Part shown: piece after piece, positions 19,809 to 30,370 of the stretch
How positions within the stretch are numbered: position 1 is the stretch's first letter
Layout of the letters: each line of letters begins with the position of its first letter
Source of the DNA: an uncultured archaeon
GTDB taxonomy: Archaea > Thermoproteota > EX4484-205 > JAAOZP01
Assembly: GCA_938045545.1 (NCBI GenBank)
Contig: CALIBN010000012.1
Span: forward strand, 1 to 64,000
Length of the DNA: 64,000 nt
Direction of reading: 5' to 3'
The notes under the pieces: model-generated
Database searches by the model: none
Seen by the model: the letters and a program-made list of their open reading frames with translations, nothing else
Told to the model about the DNA's origin: nothing
Program-made: the position numbers and the translations under genes

Positions 19809-19978
19809 TAATACCCCCTCTTACGATTAAGAGTTAATCCGGCATATTGCATGTTATTAACATTTTCTTTATTCACCTCTTGGCTTTTTTGTGTTGGAAG
19901 AAGTAGTGCCTGAATGAATCATCAGGATGCTGTTTCAACACGTGTTCCCATCCCTTGGTTTTTCGTTTCTAGTTTAAC

Positions 19979-22114
19979 TTACGGGAGGATCCCCTTTTTC
20001 CTATACTTTTCCGGGTTTTTCCTGAATTCGTCCTCGCAATGCTTGGAGCAGAAGTAAACGGTTTGCCCACCGTACTCCAGCCTGCTGTAAGCTGTTTCAG
20101 GCTCTATTTTCATCCCGCACACGGGGTCGGTAACCATTCTTCTCCTCTCCATCTGCATCCCCTCCGGCTCGTATTTTCTCAGGGTCTGAGTATTTAAAGC
20201 AACTATGACTGTGCTCAGCGACATGACTAGCGCGCCCAGCCAAGGCGGAAGGATAACGCCGAGATCATGTAGTACGCCAGCGGCAAGTGGTATGGTTAAA
20301 ACGTTGTAGCCGGTTGCCCACCAGAGGTTTTGAACCATCTTAGAATATGTTTTTCGCGAAAGCTCAATAATCTTTGGAACATCTCTCGGGTCGTTTCTAA
20401 CAAGGATTATGTCCGCGCTCTCTATCGCTACATCCGTGCCCGCGCCTATCGCTATGCCGACGTCAGCCGTGGCTAGGGCGGGCGCGTCGTTAACACCGTC
20501 CCCGACCATAGCAACCCTGAAGCCCTTCTCCTTCAGAAGCCTGATCTTCTCCGCTTTCTCATGCGGCAGGACCTGCGCGAAATAATCGTCCACCCCTAGT
20601 TCTTCCGCAACCCATTTCGCAACTTCCTGCGAATCGCCGGTAAGCATGTAAACCCTTATTCCCATCTTTCTAAGCTTCTCAACCGCTTCATACGATTCCT
20701 TTCTAACGGTGTCCGAGAGGGCGAAAACGCCTGCAAGCCTGCTGTCGACCAGCGTGAAAACCATGGTTTTACCCTGCTTCATCAGCTCGCCCATCTTCTC
20801 GTTTTCAACGCTTATCTTAATATCGTTCAGGAGGCTTACTCCACCGACGTAGACCTCTTTGCCGTCAACCCTCCCGTAAGCCCCTTTACCGGGGATTGCT
20901 CTGAACTCTTTTGCCTCAAGGAGTTCCACGCCCTTCCGCTTCGCATACTCAACTATCGCCCTGGCGGCAACGTGTTCTGATTTCAGCTCGACGCTTGCAG
21001 CCAGTTTTAAAAGCTCTTCCTCCGGGATCAGCGGGATAGTGTCGCTCACGCCGAAGCCGCCGAGGGTTAACGTGCCGGTCTTGTCGAAAACAACAGCGCT
21101 CACATTCCTAACAGTTTCAAATGCCTTCCTATCCCTGATCAGTATCCCGCTCTTCGCAGTTATCGAGGTTGAGATGGCGACTACCAGTGGTATCGCTAAG
21201 CCGAGGGCATGCGGGCAGGAGACGACCAATACTGCAACCATGCTTTCAAGAGCCTGCTCCGGCTTCCCGTAGGCGAGCCACGTGACGTAGGCAGCTATTG
21301 AAACGGTCAGCGCGACGTAGAAAAGCAGGGCTGCAGCCCTGTTCGCCAAGTCCTGGGTCCTAGTTCGGCTTTCCTGAGCCTGCTTAACCAGTTTTAATAC
21401 TTGAGCCAAATATGTGTCCTCACCTGTCTTTTCGATGAGAACCTTCAGGAACCCTTCGCCGTTTATCGAGCCCCCTATTACTCTTGACCCCTCCTGCTTG
21501 CCAACTGGTTTCGACTCGCCTGTTAGAAGAGCCTCGTTCACAAAGGAATCGCCCTCTAAAACAGTACCATCAGACGGGATTTTCTCTCCGGGCTTGACGA
21601 CAACAACATCCCCTGGCTTAAGCTTTGAGACCGGAACGTCGACTGTTTCACCGTTCTTTAAAACGTGGGCTGTAGTCGGCATTATTCTCACAAGCTCCTC
21701 CAATGCTGTTGAGGCTCCGAGAACGCTCTTCGCCTCAATCCAGTGTCCGAGAAGCATCACATCTATCAAGGTGGCGAGCTCCCAGAAGAGCTCCATTCCG
21801 AGTGGGATGAAAACTGTTGCGGCAGAATATGTGAACGCAACAGTTATGGCTGTGCCGATGAGCGTCATCATGCCTGGCAGCCTGTTTTCCAACTCGTTCA
21901 CCAACCCTCTTAGGAAGGGCCACCCTCCGTAAACATAGATGGATGCAGATAGGATTAGCAATGCGTATTCCTGCATAGGGAAAACTATTGCTTTACCTCC
22001 AAGGATCATCGTTTGAAAAGTTTCTGAGAAAAGCAGGATAGGGACTGTAAGGATCAGGCTGGCAATAAGCCTGTTTTTAAACTCGGCTATGTGGTGCGCA
22101 TGATGCTCGTGCAA
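19979..22114 (-). CDS. copB: copper P1B-type ATPase (CPH, CopB-like) with C-terminal YHS/TRASH domain
   Basis: His-rich N-terminus, TGES, CPHALGLA, DKTGT, GDGVND, DPVCGM...YFCS..C; likely TTG start at 22114. Confidence 0.88.
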   Translation of the reverse strand: MHEHHAHHIAEFKNRLIASLILTVPILLFSETFQTMILGGKAIVFPMQEYALLILSASIYVYGGWPFLRGLVNELENRLPGMMTLIGTAITVAFTYSAATVFIPLGMELFWELATLIDVMLLGHWIEAKSVLGASTALEELVRIMPTTAHVLKNGETVDVPVSKLKPGDVVVVKPGEKIPSDGTVLEGDSFVNEALLTGESKPVGKQEGSRVIGGSINGEGFLKVLIEKTGEDTYLAQVLKLVKQAQESRTRTQDLANRAAALLFYVALTVSIAAYVTWLAYGKPEQALESMVAVLVVSCPHALGLAIPLVVAISTSITAKSGILIRDRKAFETVRNVSAVVFDKTGTLTLGGFGVSDTIPLIPEEELLKLAASVELKSEHVAARAIVEYAKRKGVELLEAKEFRAIPGKGAYGRVDGKEVYVGGVSLLNDIKISVENEKMGELMKQGKTMVFTLVDSRLAGVFALSDTVRKESYEAVEKLRKMGIRVYMLTGDSQEVAKWVAEELGVDDYFAQVLPHEKAEKIRLLKEKGFRVAMVGDGVNDAPALATADVGIAIGAGTDVAIESADIILVRNDPRDVPKIIELSRKTYSKMVQNLWWATGYNVLTIPLAAGVLHDLGVILPPWLGALVMSLSTVIVALNTQTLRKYEPEGMQMERRRMVTDPVCGMKIEPETAYSRLEYGGQTVYFCSKHCEDEFRKNPEKYRKKGILP

Positions 22115-22559
22115 CCCCTTATCTTCGAGAAGGAATAGTTTTGAAACCTTACATAAGGCTTTAACGAAAAAACTTTTCCCCGTGCAGATGACGGTTGGAA
22201 ATGTCCGATGCGTGGGGTACGCTACGCTTATATATTCTTTTTTAGCGTTGAGGCAGAGCAAACGGCAAAGGTAGTTTTAACCGGCTGGGGTTATGCATAG
22301 CGTTAAAAGTTGTTCGTAAACTGGTTTTCCCTTGGCATAAGCATCTTATCCAGATGGCCGCGAAAAACGGGTTTGAAGCTTCTCACGGCCACGTTTAACC
22401 CGGCGGCTTTCAATATTTAACCGGTAGTGTTGCAGCGTTTATCTCGAGGAAAACCGGGATTTCCGACGCCTTGGTTAAGCAGTCCCCAATCATTCTGGAG
22501 GCTGAGTGAAAGTATCTGGCTTAGGCGAGGCAGGTATGCTGGAATTCTTGGAAGACTTG

Positions 22560-22740
22560 TGACAAACGCGCGCAACCTGCCTCAAGGGTCTTTTAAGCAC
22601 TCCACTCAGTTTTATCGAAGAATCCTGAAAAAGCATTCTCCTCCCCCTTGAACCAGCTTCTCAGCGATGTTTGTAACCGTGTTCCGGGTCTTTCCCGCGC
22701 CGCACAATTCTTGCGTGCCCCACTAGGATGAACGGGTTCT
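22560..22740 (-). pseudogene. possible HerA/DUF87-like ATPase remnant
   Basis: Broken frames give GAGKT.NTVTNIAEKL...IFDKTE. Confidence 0.3.
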
Positions 22741-22790
22741 CCAGCAACTAATAGCTATTACGGCGATTAAGCAAGTGGACAGCGCCCTGC

Positions 22791-23903
22791 TCATTTAATT
22801 TCAGGATATGGTAATTCCTCGTTTCTACCTATGATCTTCCTCTTGGCCTTCAGATAGTACACGTAGTTGCTCAGCGACACGTCTGGAGGAACCCTGTGGT
22901 CAACCATGGGTATGTAGCCACCCTCTTTAACTAGCTGCGAAAGGCTTTCAAGCTCCCTGTCTATCGCCTTAGGCCCCTCGATCAAAGCCAGCTTGTTAAC
23001 CCCGCCCATTAGGAGGATCTTATTATCGTATTGCTCCCTAAGCTTCACTGGGCTTGTGTACTTCGCCTCTATGGGGAACATGCAGTTTATTCCCGCTTTC
23101 AACCATCCTGGGACAAGATCATCTATCTTCCCGTCGCAGTCTAGAATGTTTATTTCAACACCGTACTCCTTCAACACGTCCGTCACCTTCTTATACCTTG
23201 GAACCATGAATTCTTCGAAAAGCTTCACTGAGATTAGTGGCCCCATGTTGTAAGCCATGTCCTCCCACCATGTCGCGAAGTCAACACGGATGTTTCTTAA
23301 AGCTCTCCTAATCATTTTTATCCAGAGGTTTACCAGTGTGTCCATCATTTCAGCCATCCAGTCGGGATCCCTGTAGAAGGCTATTGAGATCCCTTGGACG
23401 CCCATCAGGTTCCTCAGCCAGCCGTAGAGGCTTCCAACGCTTATGCCTAGAGGATAATCCCTCTCACTGTATATCTTTATTATCTCATCATAGCTTAACG
23501 GCATTCTCCCAGGGGTATCAGGGTCGAAGAACGGCTTTATTTTCTCCCAGTCCTCTCTGCTTCTAATAGGGTACCTTAAGTACTGGGGAATCGTAGAGGT
23601 CCATTTCTTGGTTATGTAGACTCCTCCTAAACCATCGTCAATAACCTCCTTATCGTCGAACTCCCTGATCCTTCTCGAAGGCGGCGGTGGCCATAGGCCG
23701 GTGTTCACGGGAAGCATGTCTATCGTGTCCCAGCCTTCAAGCATGAAAAAGTCCTCAACGTCCCGGATGCTGTGGAGATGCAGGGGCAGGCCTTCAGCAT
23801 GCCAGCGGTCGATTGTTTCATTCCAGTAGCCGAACTCGTAGTCCGGAACCCTGTCAACCTCTTTAAACTGCAGTGTTCTAAGCAGCCTCTCCCTCTCGTC
23901 CAT
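22791..23903 (-). CDS. uroporphyrinogen decarboxylase / MtaA-like family protein
   Basis: WEDMAY..GPLIS, DCDG, GGVNK, GGYIP..DH.VPPDVS; start placed at MDERER. Confidence 0.85.
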   Translation of the reverse strand: MDERERLLRTLQFKEVDRVPDYEFGYWNETIDRWHAEGLPLHLHSIRDVEDFFMLEGWDTIDMLPVNTGLWPPPPSRRIREFDDKEVIDDGLGGVYITKKWTSTIPQYLRYPIRSREDWEKIKPFFDPDTPGRMPLSYDEIIKIYSERDYPLGISVGSLYGWLRNLMGVQGISIAFYRDPDWMAEMMDTLVNLWIKMIRRALRNIRVDFATWWEDMAYNMGPLISVKLFEEFMVPRYKKVTDVLKEYGVEINILDCDGKIDDLVPGWLKAGINCMFPIEAKYTSPVKLREQYDNKILLMGGVNKLALIEGPKAIDRELESLSQLVKEGGYIPMVDHRVPPDVSLSNYVYYLKAKRKIIGRNEELPYPEIK

Positions 23904-24012
23904 CACGGGGGCTACACTGATGTTGAAAATAAATTTTTCTTCGATCCTGCTCACCGTGGAAACTTCCAGATTTCGCAACGTTTTTAACTCGCCAGCACGG
24001 TCTTGAGACATC

Positions 24013-25284
24013 ATGAGTAGTGAATTCCTAGGGGAGGATGCTTACGACTTCCTAAAGGGCTTAGCCTCTTATGAAAGGCTTGCTGGAACCGTGGGTGAGG
24101 AGGAGGCTCGGAGATACATTGTAAGCGTCATGGAGAAAGCAGGCTATAAGACGCTGCTTGAAGAGTTCACCGTTAAAACCTTCCGGATTCTGAGAAACGA
24201 GTTTCACGTTTTAGAACCTTGGAACGAGGAGATTGACTGCCGGGGTGTCGGATTCAGCGGTTCAACCCCTGAAGAAGGCGTCGTAGCTCCCTTACGGTAC
24301 GTTGAGACCGGTGACCCGCTGCTGCTACCTCGGACGAAGGGAGAGATACTGCTTCTCTCAGAGCCGCCGCCGACTGTTGAAAAGCTGTTCGAGCTCTCCA
24401 AGTATGAGCCTTCCGGAATCGTTTTAAGCGAGGGTACTCCTTTCAGGAAGCCCTCTCAGGTAGACAGGCTTTTCGAAGTGAGTAGGAGGTTCAGGGTGCC
24501 GACGGTCTTCATAAGTTTTGAAGACGCGTTTAGGCTCGTTACGAATAATGCTTCCAAGTCTAGGCTGGTTCTCACGCAGCAGGAGTTCGACGCTGACACT
24601 TGCAACATCGTGGTGGAGAAGAAGGGTGTTAAATACCCTGAGGAGATAATAGTCGTCGGAGCGCATTACGATACTGTTTATGGTGTGAAGGGGGGTGTTG
24701 ACAACGCTGGCGGGGTGGCTCTGCTCATGGAGCTAGCTAAATCTATGAGCAGCCTTGATTTGAAGAGAACGGTTAGGTTTGTTTTCTTCACGGGCGAGGA
24801 GCTTGGGCTCAGGGGTTCTTTCAACTACGTGGAGAAGCATGAGGATGAGGTTGAGAAAGTAATGATGATGGTCAACCTTGATGTGAACGGGGGTGCGATA
24901 GGCGGGTGTAACGCCGTGGTAACTGGACCCCAAGAGGTGAAGACTTATCTGGAAGCCATGTCGAAGGAGCTTGGCGTAAACCTCTCTGTGTCTCAGGACG
25001 TGTATAGCTCTGACAGCATTCCCTTCTCCAACAGAGGAGTGCCGTCTGTAAGCTTCTACAGGAGGAGCGGCGCCGGTGTGCATATTCACACTCCTGAGGA
25101 TGACTCGAGGTTTACAGCACCCATCGGCTTCAAGATGGTTGGGATCATTGTCCGCGAGTTTCTCCTGCGGATGGCTAACGCGGAGAGCTTCCCTTTTAAA
25201 CGGGAGATCCCTGAGGACGTTAAGAAGAAGGTTCAGGAATACCTTAAGAACAGGGGTTTTGAAATGCCGAGTGTAAACGTCTAA
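24013..25284 (+). CDS. M28 family aminopeptidase
   Basis: GAHYD, DNAGG, GEELGLRGS, NLD, SDS, IHTPED. Confidence 0.9.
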   Translation: MSSEFLGEDAYDFLKGLASYERLAGTVGEEEARRYIVSVMEKAGYKTLLEEFTVKTFRILRNEFHVLEPWNEEIDCRGVGFSGSTPEEGVVAPLRYVETGDPLLLPRTKGEILLLSEPPPTVEKLFELSKYEPSGIVLSEGTPFRKPSQVDRLFEVSRRFRVPTVFISFEDAFRLVTNNASKSRLVLTQQEFDADTCNIVVEKKGVKYPEEIIVVGAHYDTVYGVKGGVDNAGGVALLMELAKSMSSLDLKRTVRFVFFTGEELGLRGSFNYVEKHEDEVEKVMMMVNLDVNGGAIGGCNAVVTGPQEVKTYLEAMSKELGVNLSVSQDVYSSDSIPFSNRGVPSVSFYRRSGAGVHIHTPEDDSRFTAPIGFKMVGIIVREFLLRMANAESFPFKREIPEDVKKKVQEYLKNRGFEMPSVNV

Positions 25285-25324
25285 TTGAAACGCTCCTGCC
25301 TATGCTTAGGGTGGTCCGGGTGAG

Positions 25325-26428
25325 ATGGGGATAGAACGCGTCGAGGTTTACTCCGTGACCCTAAGGTTTTTCGAACCCTTCCGGATTGCCCCGGGTGCGA
25401 GCGAGAAAAGTCGCAACGTTGTGGTGAAGATAGTCACGGACTACGGTGTTGAAGGCTGGGGGGAAGCGTCTCCGTCTAGAAGAGTCACCGGGGAGACTGT
25501 GGAAACCGTTTTAGAAGCATTGTCCAAGATCGCGCCCAAGCTTATCGGCATGTGTCCTCTTCGGATAGAGCAGAACGTGGAGACAATGGACAGGGTTATC
25601 GGGGGGAACCCTGCTGCGAAGGCTGCTGTTGACACTGCTCTGCACGATATTCTCGGGAAGACCACTGGGAAACCGCTTTTCATGCTTCTCGGAGGCTACC
25701 GGACGCAGGTCTTAACCGATTTCACGTTGAGCATTAAGACTCCGAGGGAGATGGCTGCTGACGCTGTTAAGGCTGTGGAGAAAGGCTTCAGGGCTCTTAA
25801 GGTTAAGGTTGGTGTAAACCCTTCTGAGGATGTTGAGAGGATAAGGCTTGTCCGCGAGGCCGTGGGGGAGGATGTTGAAATAAGGGTTGACGCGAACGGG
25901 GGTTGGAGCCCGGAGCAGGCGGTTGAAGTTTTAAACAGGGTGGAGAAGTTTAAAATACGGTTTGTCGAGCAGCCGGTGCCCGCTCACGATGTGAAGGGCA
26001 TGGCTAAGGTTAGGAGGGAGTCTCCAATACCTGTTATGGCTGATGAAAGCGTGCATTCACCCTCCGACGCGCTGAGGCTCATCCGGGAGGAGGCTGTTGA
26101 CCTGATAAACATTAAGCTTGCGAAGAGCGGTGGAATATTGAAGGCGAGGAAAATATCCGATGTGGCTGAGGCTGCTGGAGTATCCTGCATGATCGGATGC
26201 ATGAGCGAGTCTGAAATAGGTATTGCTGCAGGAGCACATTTCGCAGCAGGAGTTAGAAACGTGAGCTATGCGGACTTGGACTGCGACCTGCTTCACGCCG
26301 ACAAGCTTGTTAAGAAGGGAGGGACAAGGGTTGAAAACTCTATGAGGCTGTTCTCTAGGGAAAGCGGATTGGGAGTAGTTGAGCTGGATACTGGACTGCT
26401 TGGCAAGCCTCTAGCCGTTTACAAGTGA
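25325..26428 (+). CDS. dipeptide (L-Ala-D/L-Glu) epimerase, enolase superfamily
   Basis: KVKVG, DANGGW, EQP, DES, NIKLAKSGG, GCMSE, DLD. Confidence 0.9.
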   Translation: MGIERVEVYSVTLRFFEPFRIAPGASEKSRNVVVKIVTDYGVEGWGEASPSRRVTGETVETVLEALSKIAPKLIGMCPLRIEQNVETMDRVIGGNPAAKAAVDTALHDILGKTTGKPLFMLLGGYRTQVLTDFTLSIKTPREMAADAVKAVEKGFRALKVKVGVNPSEDVERIRLVREAVGEDVEIRVDANGGWSPEQAVEVLNRVEKFKIRFVEQPVPAHDVKGMAKVRRESPIPVMADESVHSPSDALRLIREEAVDLINIKLAKSGGILKARKISDVAEAAGVSCMIGCMSESEIGIAAGAHFAAGVRNVSYADLDCDLLHADKLVKKGGTRVENSMRLFSRESGLGVVELDTGLLGKPLAVYK

Positions 26429-26465
26429 TTTTTAAAGGGTTAGCTGTTCCATACGTCGGCTACGG

Positions 26466-26906
26466 TTATAGTTGGCCGAGGCTCAACCCGATTCCCCTAG
26501 AGGGAGCCTCCCCCCTCACTATTCTATCAACCAGGTTCCTAACCATTTTTTCAATCCTGCTCACGACTTTACGAGCATCCTCCAGGCTCATTTCAGCAGG
26601 ATCCTCGATGCCCCAGTTCTCAACATGCTTCACGTTCACCACCGGGCATTCTGAGCCGCTGCATACTATTACCGCGATATCCGCCTCAGCCTCCATCTCC
26701 CTGGTTAGCTTCTTTGGCCTCTTACAAGAGATATCTATCCCCCTTTCCTTCATTAGTTGAACAGCCTTAGGGTTTACGCTTTCAGCGGGCTTTGGGCCGG
26801 CGCTAACCGCGACCCACCCGGCTGGAGGGTTTGAGTTGAAGAACGCTTCCGCAACCTGGCTTCTGAAACTGTTTTGCACGCATATGAATAACACTTTCCT
26901 AACCAT
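26466..26906 (-). CDS. arsC: arsenate reductase / LMW phosphatase family
   Basis: CVQNSFRSQVAE, SAG, WGIEDP. Confidence 0.85.
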   Translation of the reverse strand: MVRKVLFICVQNSFRSQVAEAFFNSNPPAGWVAVSAGPKPAESVNPKAVQLMKERGIDISCKRPKKLTREMEAEADIAVIVCSGSECPVVNVKHVENWGIEDPAEMSLEDARKVVSRIEKMVRNLVDRIVRGEAPSRGIGLSLGQL

Positions 26907-26963
26907 TTTAACGAAAGTTGCACCCCGCAAGGGCTTTTAAAGTATTCTGCAAGTAGAAACTGC

Positions 26964-27239
26964 TTAATGCCTTATGGTGAAGCCTTTGAACTCCCCCTTG
27001 TACTCTTCCCACTCCACGCTTACCCCGGTAACCCTGGCTCCAGGCGGCCCCCTTCTGCAGAACTCTATCATTTTTCTCACGAGCATCTCCTCCCCTTCGA
27101 AAACCGCCTCGACTCTTCCGTCTGGAAGGTTTCTCACCCATCCTCCGACTCCGAGCGCTTGCGCGAGCCTCCTAGTTTCATGCCTGAAGAAAACTCCTTG
27201 AACAAAGCCGCTTATATACACGTGGGCCCTAACCATCAA
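26964..27239 (-). CDS. acyP: acylphosphatase
   Basis: [28 protein letters not shown]. Confidence 0.95.
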   Translation of the reverse strand: MMVRAHVYISGFVQGVFFRHETRRLAQALGVGGWVRNLPDGRVEAVFEGEEMLVRKMIEFCRRGPPGARVTGVSVEWEEYKGEFKGFTIRH

Positions 27240-27282
27240 CTTGAACAGTCTTTTTCACCATGAAGGTTTTTTAAAGTTGTTT

Positions 27283-28383
27283 TCAACCAGAGGCTAAGCT
27301 TGAAGCCAGGCTGTTTAGAAACACCCTGTAGGCTTCCACGCCCTGCATGAACTCTTCAACCGTGATGCTTTCCAGGGAGCTGTGCGCCAGAGAGGGGTCG
27401 CCCGGGCCCCAGGCTAGTTGCGGCCTGCCCCATTTCAGGCCGGTGTAGTTGAAATCGGACGTCCCGAGCTTCCTAATCAGCAGCAACTCCCTCCCAAGGG
27501 TTTTTCTAACAGCCTCTCTGACAGCGTTGATCAAAACCTGGTCCTTGGCTGAAGCGTAGCCGTCTAAATGGTCTAGAAACTCATAATCCGTTTTCATGGC
27601 TCCACCCATGTTCTCTACATACTCGTTCAAGACCGTGGAGAACATTCTGGAAAGCTTTTCAAACCCTATGGGTGGAGGGTAGCGAAGGTTCAGGCGTGCC
27701 TCACAGGAGTCAGGTATTCTGGAGTCACCGTAGCCACCTTTAATCATGGTGATGGAGACACCTATGTTTGAGAAAAGGTCTTTAGAAAAGGTCATTCTCG
27801 TCTTAACGTGTTCAACAAGCCTCATTGTTTGAACGATAGCATTGAAATCATCCATAGGGGATGATGAATGCCCGCCCTGGGTTGAAACCCTTATGCTGAC
27901 TGTTGCGCTACCCCTGTATGCTACTGCCGCAGCCCTAATCCCGGTTGGTTCGCCTATGATCACGTAGTCTGGAGCCGGGATTTCTTCGAGAAGCCTCCTA
28001 ACCCCCTTGCTGTCCGATTCCTCCCCGACGACTGACGAATAGAGTAGTCTGAGACTCCTGCCACCGTAGTTTGACGCGGCCAGCGCCATTGCTACGAGAG
28101 AAGCCTTAGCGTCAACAGCACCCCTGCCGAATATTCTTCCTGATTCAAGCTTGACTTCAATAAGCCCGGGCACAGTATCTACGTGGGAGCAGAAAAGCAG
28201 CGTCCTGCCCCCGTCCCCCTTCTCCCCTAGAACGTTGCCAGCAGGATCCCTCCTGACGTTTTCAAAACCGTTCGCGAGCAGTAGGGAGAAGACTTCCTGC
28301 TGAGCCTCTTCCTCATCCCCGCTTGGCGAATACTTGGAGAGGAGTTTAACCAGCGGTTGAACTGCTTCCAAGCCTCGACTCAT
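27283..28383 (-). CDS. lysK: [LysW]-lysine/ornithine hydrolase
   Basis: M20 motifs SHVDTVPG, GRGAVDAK, GEE, GEP; lysW cluster context. Confidence 0.88.
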   Translation of the reverse strand: MSRGLEAVQPLVKLLSKYSPSGDEEEAQQEVFSLLLANGFENVRRDPAGNVLGEKGDGGRTLLFCSHVDTVPGLIEVKLESGRIFGRGAVDAKASLVAMALAASNYGGRSLRLLYSSVVGEESDSKGVRRLLEEIPAPDYVIIGEPTGIRAAAVAYRGSATVSIRVSTQGGHSSSPMDDFNAIVQTMRLVEHVKTRMTFSKDLFSNIGVSITMIKGGYGDSRIPDSCEARLNLRYPPPIGFEKLSRMFSTVLNEYVENMGGAMKTDYEFLDHLDGYASAKDQVLINAVREAVRKTLGRELLLIRKLGTSDFNYTGLKWGRPQLAWGPGDPSLAHSSLESITVEEFMQGVEAYRVFLNSLASSLASG

Positions 28384-29566
28384 AGCTCCTCATCGCTTCG
28401 AAAATAATGCTACACGCTTCCTCGACGAGGTTTAACGGTATGTTGAGCGACGGTAGTAGGCGCACCACAGTTGGGCCGGCTGTTAAAACCAGGACGCCTT
28501 TCTCCGCAAGCAGGTCGACGAGAGGCTTAGACCTGACTTTCAGCTCAATGCCTATCATGAGGCCGCTTATCCTTATCTCCCTGATGATCCTGAGGTTTCT
28601 TAATGCTTCAAGTCCCTCTCTGAAAACCCTAGACCTTTCCTCCACAGTCTCTCTGGTGACTGTTTCCCTAAGGAGCCTCATGGTTGCAGCACCCGCGGCG
28701 CAGGCCAAAGGGTTTCCGCCGTATGTTGAAGTGTGGAAGCCGGGTTCAGCCACTGTCGACGCTTCCTCGCTGAAAAACGTGACTCCAACCGGGATCCCCC
28801 CGGCTACCCCCTTAGCCAAGAGAGCAATATCCGGCGCAACATCTTCTTTTTCAAACGCGAAAAAGGTTCCAGTCCTCCTCAATCCTGTTTGAATCTCATC
28901 CAGTATGAGTAGTGCCCCCTTGTCGGAGGCTATTTCCCTTGCTGCTTTCAAGTAGCCTGTTGGAGGAATCCTGACTCCGCCTTCTCCTTGAACAGGCTCA
29001 AGAATAACCGCGGCGGTCTCCTCGTCAACCTTGCTTTTCAAATCCTCTTCGTCGCCGTACTCTGCAAATACAACCCTTTCACCTAAAACGTGTTCCAAGC
29101 CCTTCTTGTACTCCGGGTTCCACGTGGCGCTGAGGGCTCCCAGCGTCTTACCGTGGAAGCTTCTTTTGGCTGCAACAATCCTGCTTCTCCCTGTTTTCCT
29201 GAATGCTGTTTTAACGGCGAGGTCAACGGCTTCCGCGCCACTGTTCACGAGAAGCATCTTAGGGAAGAAACGCGACGTGAAGCGGGACGTCTCCTCCAAG
29301 AATTCTGCCCTAGCATCATTGTAGAACGAGCCGTGGCAGGAAGATATTTTCTTCAACTGGTTCACGATCGCTTCGACAATCACAGGGTTCGAGTGGCCAA
29401 GTATTGCAACACCATAGGCTGAAGTCAGGTCGATGAACCTCCGACCCTTATCGTCGAAAACCTCCGACCCTTTCCCGCTTATTATTGCTATACTTCTCTT
29501 AACGTAGGTTTTAAGCAGAAGCCTGTCCTCAACCTCATAGGGGTTAACCATTTTAAGCATCCTCAT
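28346..29566 (-). CDS. lysJ: [LysW]-aminoadipate/glutamate semialdehyde aminotransferase
   Basis: NSGAEA, FHGKTLG, EPVQGEGG, DEIQTG, AKG. Confidence 0.9.
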   Translation of the reverse strand: MRMLKMVNPYEVEDRLLLKTYVKRSIAIISGKGSEVFDDKGRRFIDLTSAYGVAILGHSNPVIVEAIVNQLKKISSCHGSFYNDARAEFLEETSRFTSRFFPKMLLVNSGAEAVDLAVKTAFRKTGRSRIVAAKRSFHGKTLGALSATWNPEYKKGLEHVLGERVVFAEYGDEEDLKSKVDEETAAVILEPVQGEGGVRIPPTGYLKAAREIASDKGALLILDEIQTGLRRTGTFFAFEKEDVAPDIALLAKGVAGGIPVGVTFFSEEASTVAEPGFHTSTYGGNPLACAAGAATMRLLRETVTRETVEERSRVFREGLEALRNLRIIREIRISGLMIGIELKVRSKPLVDLLAEKGVLVLTAGPTVVRLLPSLNIPLNLVEEACSIIFEAMRSYESRLGSSSTAG

Positions 29567-30360
29567 TTAAATATGAGCGTCCCAAGTTTTTTCTCCAGCG
29601 CGCTTGAAACAGGCTTATCGACGAGCCCGGAGGATATTCTCACTGAAGCAGCCCCTTCTTGAAGCGCCTCCACGGCTGACTGCACCTTCCTCATCATTCC
29701 GTGGCCTATGCTTGGAAGAAGAACCGAGGCTTCAGCCATCGTCAGCGACTCGACGAGCTTACCGTCTACGAGAAGACCATCAACGTTCGTAAGGTATAGC
29801 AGGCTGCTCCCCAGTGCTGAAGCAACCTTGGCTGCGAAGGCGTCGCTGTCGACGTTGAGAGGCTCAAACTCCTTGCCTAAGGCTATTGGTGCTAGAACCG
29901 GCAGAATGCCGTTGTCAAGGAGCAGTTTCAAAAGGGCTACGTTAATCCTGTCAATCTTCCCCGTAAACCCGCCGTCCATGAGTATTCTCCTACCGTCCTC
30001 CCTTTTGACAAGTATCTTTTCCTTTCTGTTGGCGCTTGCCAGAGCCCCGTCTACACCGGTTAAGCCGACAGCGTTAACATTCATCCTGAGAAATTTGGAG
30101 ACCACGAGCTTGTTGAGCCTTCCCATAGTCATAAGGTAAACCTGCATCGTCTCCCAGTCGGTCACCCTGCTCCTCATCCCGCTGGCGGAGACAACGAACC
30201 TCGGTTCAATACCCATCCTCCTACAGGTCTCCGTCACTTCCGCTCCTCCCCCGTGGACGAAAACGACCTTCTCTCTTCTAGAGTATTCAGCCACGTCCGC
30301 AACTATCTTCTCAAGAGGACCCTCTTCAAGCAGGGCTCCTCCTGCTTTAACCACTATCAT
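29563..30360 (-). CDS. lysZ: [LysW]-aminoadipate/glutamate kinase
   Basis: VVKAGG, VHGGG, LNVDSD, GMMRK. Confidence 0.9.
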   Translation of the reverse strand: MIVVKAGGALLEEGPLEKIVADVAEYSRREKVVFVHGGGAEVTETCRRMGIEPRFVVSASGMRSRVTDWETMQVYLMTMGRLNKLVVSKFLRMNVNAVGLTGVDGALASANRKEKILVKREDGRRILMDGGFTGKIDRINVALLKLLLDNGILPVLAPIALGKEFEPLNVDSDAFAAKVASALGSSLLYLTNVDGLLVDGKLVESLTMAEASVLLPSIGHGMMRKVQSAVEALQEGAASVRISSGLVDKPVSSALEKKLGTLIFK

Positions 30361-30370
30361 CTTCGAACAC

